From NCBI GenBank assembly GCA_043228905.1, contig JBHGNT010000411.1, forward strand, positions 1 to 27,553: a stretch of DNA of 27,553 nucleotides. Direction: 5' to 3'. Position numbers and translations under genes: made by a program. This document shows, one piece after another, positions 23,031 through 27,553 of this stretch. Position 1 is the stretch's first letter. The number at the start of each line of letters is the position of its first letter. Under the pieces are notes generated by a model that saw only the letters and a list, made by a program, of their open reading frames with translations, was not told the DNA's origin and ran no database searches. This stretch comes from Azolla caroliniana (taxonomy: Eukaryota > Plantae > Polypodiophyta).

Positions 23031-24464
23031 GTTAGTTTAATTGAACTTGGAAACATTATTATTCCATTCAACTCATTATGAGGATTAAGTATCCTCTTGT
23101 CAAAGTCCAAAGTCAACTACACAATAAATTATGATACATAAGCTATGTGACCTTGTAATGGAACTAGAATAAGCACACCCAAATACCCAAAGGAGTTCGC
23201 TGAAGCTAAAATCAAGTCAAAGTAGATGGTCATGGTTTGAGTAGCAAGGTTGCCTCGCATCTCAAGAAACAAGAACTTTAAACGTTGCCTGTGTAGGCCT
23301 CTACAAATTGGGGCTTAGGAGTTTGAAATAAGGTGGGAAAAAAGGCTTAGTGTAAAGGTTCCAATAAAGACCCTATAGGTGCCTCCAAAATGAGAATCTT
23401 CATAGTGTCTAGATCCTAAAATCAAGCTTTATGTTGCTTCTTGACCAAGATTTAGGCCAACCGTCAAAATATCAAAATTCTTTCTTTATAATTAATAGAA
23501 GTGGGCCAATAGCATGACAAAATCTATTGGCAAACCTAGTGAACATTTAATGATGGTAAGTTTATGAACTTTACCATGTTATGGCCCTATTAAGTTCGAG
23601 CATCATTAAAAGCGTTGAGAATCCAATGTCTGCGATATTTGTGGTTGCGGCCCTTATTAGAGTGCTCGTAATGTGAAGAGAATCCTTAACACATTATCTT
23701 ATTTTATATTAAGGGGAGGAAACATAAAAGATAATAATATATTTGTTTGAATGCGGATCTGATAATAGTACTCAATTTTGATCTAGGAGAAATCCATCGG
23801 CCCTCCTTAGCTTCTTTTACCATCACTAATATAAATAAGACATTACAGGCCAAAGCACAATTTGAAAGCACTGCTTTCATGCAATATGTCCTTGAATTTA
23901 GACATCCCCAAGGATTCAATCTAACAAATAATTTCTTATGGTGTACCCCATAAAAGTTCTTTAAAAAATTCAATATATAAAAGTAATCATGTGCACATGT
24001 ACCGTTTGTTGTCTCAACCATGAAGGTGTAAGTTCTTTTCTCCTTGAAAAAACGACTTTACACGTTCACTATCCACAACCCAAGGGCTGAAAATCGTGAA
24101 CAAATTTAATGCCTTTCAAAGGAAATTGCTCACGAAAGAGGAGTATACACGGATGTCTAAAGTCAAGACATAACTGCACCTTTCACATTTTGTTAACTTT
24201 GGGCTTTACAAAATGCACTTTCAAGAGAGGGTTGAAAAGGATACCGACACTCTCGGGGGGATCCGTTCTAAACGGAAGTGCTAGCGAGCAACAAAGGAAA
24301 CACATTTCTCTATAAAGGAAGTGGCTCTACCAAAAGTCTCTTTCCATACACCCCCACAAAACATCTCTAAGAATGATGATGGTTATAGTGGTGATGATAA
24401 GGGAGAGACGAGACAAATGCACAACACCCTTAGAATAATTGAGACGTGCATACTTCAAAAATGT

Positions 24465-24527
<63 letters not shown>
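24465..24527. repeat. Compound (TC)n(AC)n microsatellite
   Basis: Directly visible. Confidence 0.98.
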
Positions 24528-24528
<1 letters not shown>

Positions 24529-24544
24529 CTGCACCTTAAATATT

Positions 24545-24660
24545 ATTGACTCTTGAGACACTCCAAAAAGGTCACAACACACTGGATTAATACTAGTAGT
24601 AAGGCACACTACAAGTGTTTACAACTAATCCAGTGTGTTTGTGTGTTTAGTGGAGTCAAT
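24545..24660. repeat. ~116-nt hairpin / tiny inverted-repeat element
   Basis: Paired segments: ATTGACTC/GAGTCAAT (outer), AACACACTGGATTA/TAATCCAGTGTGTT (14 bp perfect), GTAAGGCAC/GTGTTTAC (inner). Confidence 0.8.
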
Positions 24661-25330
24661 GTGCACCCCATCAGAGCATGATATGTTGTGCACAACGTGA
24701 AAACATTAATTAGTCTAGAAGCGGAAAAGGATACCCCTCTTTCCCAACGCTCCATATGTTTTTTTACCTTTACCTCATTGAAATCACGCACCGCATATAT
24801 GTAGTATGTAATTAAAGAGATTGCATAAAAAATAAATGTATTAAGTTTGCATCAGTAATATATGTACAAACCAGCTGCCCGGTGGACACCGAAGTCAGAG
24901 ACAGAGAAGTATTGTAATTTGTCCCCACATTAAGTGATCATTCACAACCATTCAATACGAAAAATATTTGAATATGTGATTTGTAAGTATTTTCACTTAT
25001 TGTCTGGCCTGACATCTACAATAACTTGTTCACAAAGACAAGACAAGCCTTTTAGCGACTTTGTTCAGTAAACAATGAAAAACAGTTTGAGTTTTTTGGA
25101 AGGGATTGCAAAGCATTAATGGTCTTCAAAAAGATGGTATAGTTACCATTATGTAGATACCATAGGATATGATGGTCCATGGACCTTAAAGGGATGAATG
25201 TAATTAGCACCAATACAAATACCATGAAATGATTGTTGTGATTGAATTCTGATCCATTCAAACATTTCTATGTTCCTGATGCCATGCAAACCATGTTTTT
25301 CTGCACCTTATAAAAAACATGTTATCATAA

Positions 25331-27304
25331 TTAGGTTGCAATAGATTGAGATCCTACATGACCCAAGGATAATACATTCCCTACGAGATTATGATCAATT
25401 GGCACATAACCATCATACTCACATCTTTCTTTGTTTTTCTGCGGATCTAATGAACCACTAGGATCGAGCATCTCACTTATTTCCATCTCTTCCCATCCCC
25501 CAGTTCTGAGCAGGAAAGCCATTTTGTCAAAGAATCTGTCAAGCCAGTAAGGAATAACCATAGGGTGTATAGCCTGATCTGACTTTGTGTTTAGATAATC
25601 ATCAGAGCTGACTAATTTCCCTTCAGTGGCGGTATTATACAAGGATTTTCTTACAGGTATTGATGAACAATAAGCAGTGATTGATCCATCCTGCAAGGTG
25701 TTGAGACAAGAAGAAGAAGAAGAAGCAGAAGCAGAAGACAAGCCATTGATTCTATTCAAGGCATTATCCATGATACAGGAAGAATATTCATTCGATACAT
25801 TCAGACAAGATGAAGATCCATTAATGATCGCTCCTGAGAGTATAAGTGATTTATCGCCATTTTCTTCAGCTAATTTCTCTGCCAGATCGCTCCAGAACTC
25901 TATCCTTCTGCTTGATCTAGTGTTCAATTGGTGCGCAAAATGGGACTTGAATCGCTTACAGCTGCTCATATTAATGTCATGGTGTGAAACAAAGCGTAAT
26001 TTCCTCATTTCATTAGAATGACAAGAATTCCTCTTGGCCACCGCAATTATATCCAAGATTCTTCCCCATCCTTCCAAATTCCCAGTTATGAACTCTTCCT
26101 GTTTAATTTGATCATCTCCATAAAGACGAGAAAGTTCATTCACAGAACGGCCAGACAAGCCTTGATCCTCATTCTTATCGACAAAAACCTTATTATTCAA
26201 GCTAATCGTATCAGATTCAAGAAATATACTGTCATTTCTAACTTTGAAATCGTAAATCTTCTCGAAAACGTCTCTAGTGCTCAGATCAAAGCTTCCTTTG
26301 AAATTTTCTTGAGTTTTTTCAAAGAAATCATCTGCATTAAGGTCGAGACAATCTTTGAAATGATCGTAATTGTTGAAGAAATCAAAGCTTAATCCATCGA
26401 AATGGTTCTTCAACAAAGAATCATCGAGAACTTCTTTGCAATTTATGAATTTGTGAATGTTCTCGAAGAAACCTTTAAGATCGAAGGTACAGACAGAGAC
26501 ATGACTTCCACAGACAAAGAACACAGGATCATGTGAATTATTTCCTTCCTGGTTTAATGGAGTCGAAGCAGAAGGAATGTAGAAGTTTCTATACAGAGGA
26601 ACAAGATGAGGAGCTTTACTGAGAAAAGATCGAGCGATACAAAGAGCTTTATGAATGCACGAAGGTTTAGGTCCCCATTGATCAGGAAGCCAGAATCTAT
26701 TTCTTGCCACTTCATAGCAGAGACCGATGGCTGGAAGGTTGAAAAGAAAAAGAAGATGTTTCAAATTACCTTCCATTGATAAAGACCTCCAGTCTGGGAA
26801 GCCATATCCAACAGGAAGACCTTCTCTGAGAATGGATTTCAGATCAGGAGGAAACGTGAAAGGAAACGGCGCACTCGATTCAATCCTGCAGAACTCTTCT
26901 TCTGAGAGGCCTGGAGCTATGGAGACCCCGATAGTAGTACAGGCTCTCAGATGATCTATTACCGCCATAGCCAGATTACTATATAAATCTGACGCAGAAT
27001 CAGTGGTGGAGATAATACTATTCGTTAACGAGGAGCTTAATCCATCGTTTTTCGTTAAGCAGTTTCCACGTTTTCCTGTGTAGCTTGCAGACTGATGAAG
27101 ATGATGACCATGTCCATTTCCATGCGTATATTGTCTATGGCTAGCTCTGTTGATTCCATTGCTTGCTCGCTCTGAGAGACGTTTGAGGCCTGCGAGATGA
27201 GAAGCATGGTATTGCATGCATTTGTGGTCTGCGCTGACGGCGTTCTGCTTATCAGTGCTGTTAGTATTCGTGTGATGACTGATATAACTACAGTGATCCA
27301 CCAT
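25331..27304 (-). CDS. Plant uncharacterised Knr4/Smi1-like domain protein (resembles the At3g50340/At5g67020 family), 657 aa
   Basis: Uninterrupted 1974-bp ORF. Family motifs recognised from memory: MVD..., HLAGLKRLS, GLSEEEF.RIE..FTFPPDLKSILREGLPVG.GFPDWR, NRFW..WGPKP, APHLVPLY..YIPS, PVFFV, RRIEFWSDLA, IPYWLD...LRTGGWEE.EISEM. Confidence 0.88.
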   Translation of the reverse strand: MVDHCSYISHHTNTNSTDKQNAVSADHKCMQYHASHLAGLKRLSERASNGINRASHRQYTHGNGHGHHLHQSASYTGKRGNCLTKNDGLSSSLTNSIISTTDSASDLYSNLAMAVIDHLRACTTIGVSIAPGLSEEEFCRIESSAPFPFTFPPDLKSILREGLPVGYGFPDWRSLSMEGNLKHLLFLFNLPAIGLCYEVARNRFWLPDQWGPKPSCIHKALCIARSFLSKAPHLVPLYRNFYIPSASTPLNQEGNNSHDPVFFVCGSHVSVCTFDLKGFFENIHKFINCKEVLDDSLLKNHFDGLSFDFFNNYDHFKDCLDLNADDFFEKTQENFKGSFDLSTRDVFEKIYDFKVRNDSIFLESDTISLNNKVFVDKNEDQGLSGRSVNELSRLYGDDQIKQEEFITGNLEGWGRILDIIAVAKRNSCHSNEMRKLRFVSHHDINMSSCKRFKSHFAHQLNTRSSRRIEFWSDLAEKLAEENGDKSLILSGAIINGSSSCLNVSNEYSSCIMDNALNRINGLSSASASSSSSCLNTLQDGSITAYCSSIPVRKSLYNTATEGKLVSSDDYLNTKSDQAIHPMVIPYWLDRFFDKMAFLLRTGGWEEMEISEMLDPSGSLDPQKNKERCEYDGYVPIDHNLVGNVLSLGHVGSQSIAT

Positions 27305-27434
27305 CGCTGCCGCTGATTCGTTCTTTCTTCTGTACTCCGGCAGGGTGTAATGGAAACTTCACGCAGAAGGCGCACGTGAAGGCGAAGTAGAAGAGGAAGA
27401 CGACGACGAGAATGATTCAGAAGAAAATGGCGCC

Positions 27435-27507
27435 GAAGAAGAAGAAGAAGAAGAAGAAGAAGAACTTAGAAGTCTGAAGAAAGTAGCGGTGGGAGGGGGG
27501 GGGGGGG
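27435..27507 (-). repeat. (TTC)10 and C13 pyrimidine tracts in the probable 5' leader of the gene
   Basis: (GAA)10 at 27435-27464 and G13 at 27495-27507 on the + strand. Such tracts are typical of plant 5' UTRs. Confidence 0.8.
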
Positions 27508-27553
27508 TCGATCCGACGTGGCTGCCCATGCTGCCATGTCATGAGACTCTGGC

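Noticed and set aside
25677-27375. Antisense and alternate-frame ORFs over the gene
   Set aside because: Shadow ORFs of the 657-aa CDS.

Overview
Eukaryotic, AT-rich, repeat-dominated plant genomic DNA. A non-seed plant such as a fern is likely; this is inferred from the TE mix and microsatellite load, not proven. The first ~19 kb is a nested pile of transposable elements. It starts with a decayed Ty1/copia element carrying an internal 882-bp tandem duplication and a solo LTR (5-bp TSD) inserted in its RT. L1 and RTEX-like LINE remnants follow. A chromodomain Ty3/gypsy element then has its integrase split by a 4.3-kb TIR element, which contains a ~1.7-kb foldback built from self-palindromic units and a nested L1. 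Further LTRs, MITEs and a 3-copy array of a tRNA-like SINE joined by microsatellites complete the region. The only apparently intact gene is a minus-strand, single-ORF plant Knr4/Smi1-like-domain protein (25331-27304). The most unusual items are the modular TIR/foldback element and the tRNA-SINE/microsatellite array. All calls were made by eye; no database searches were run.
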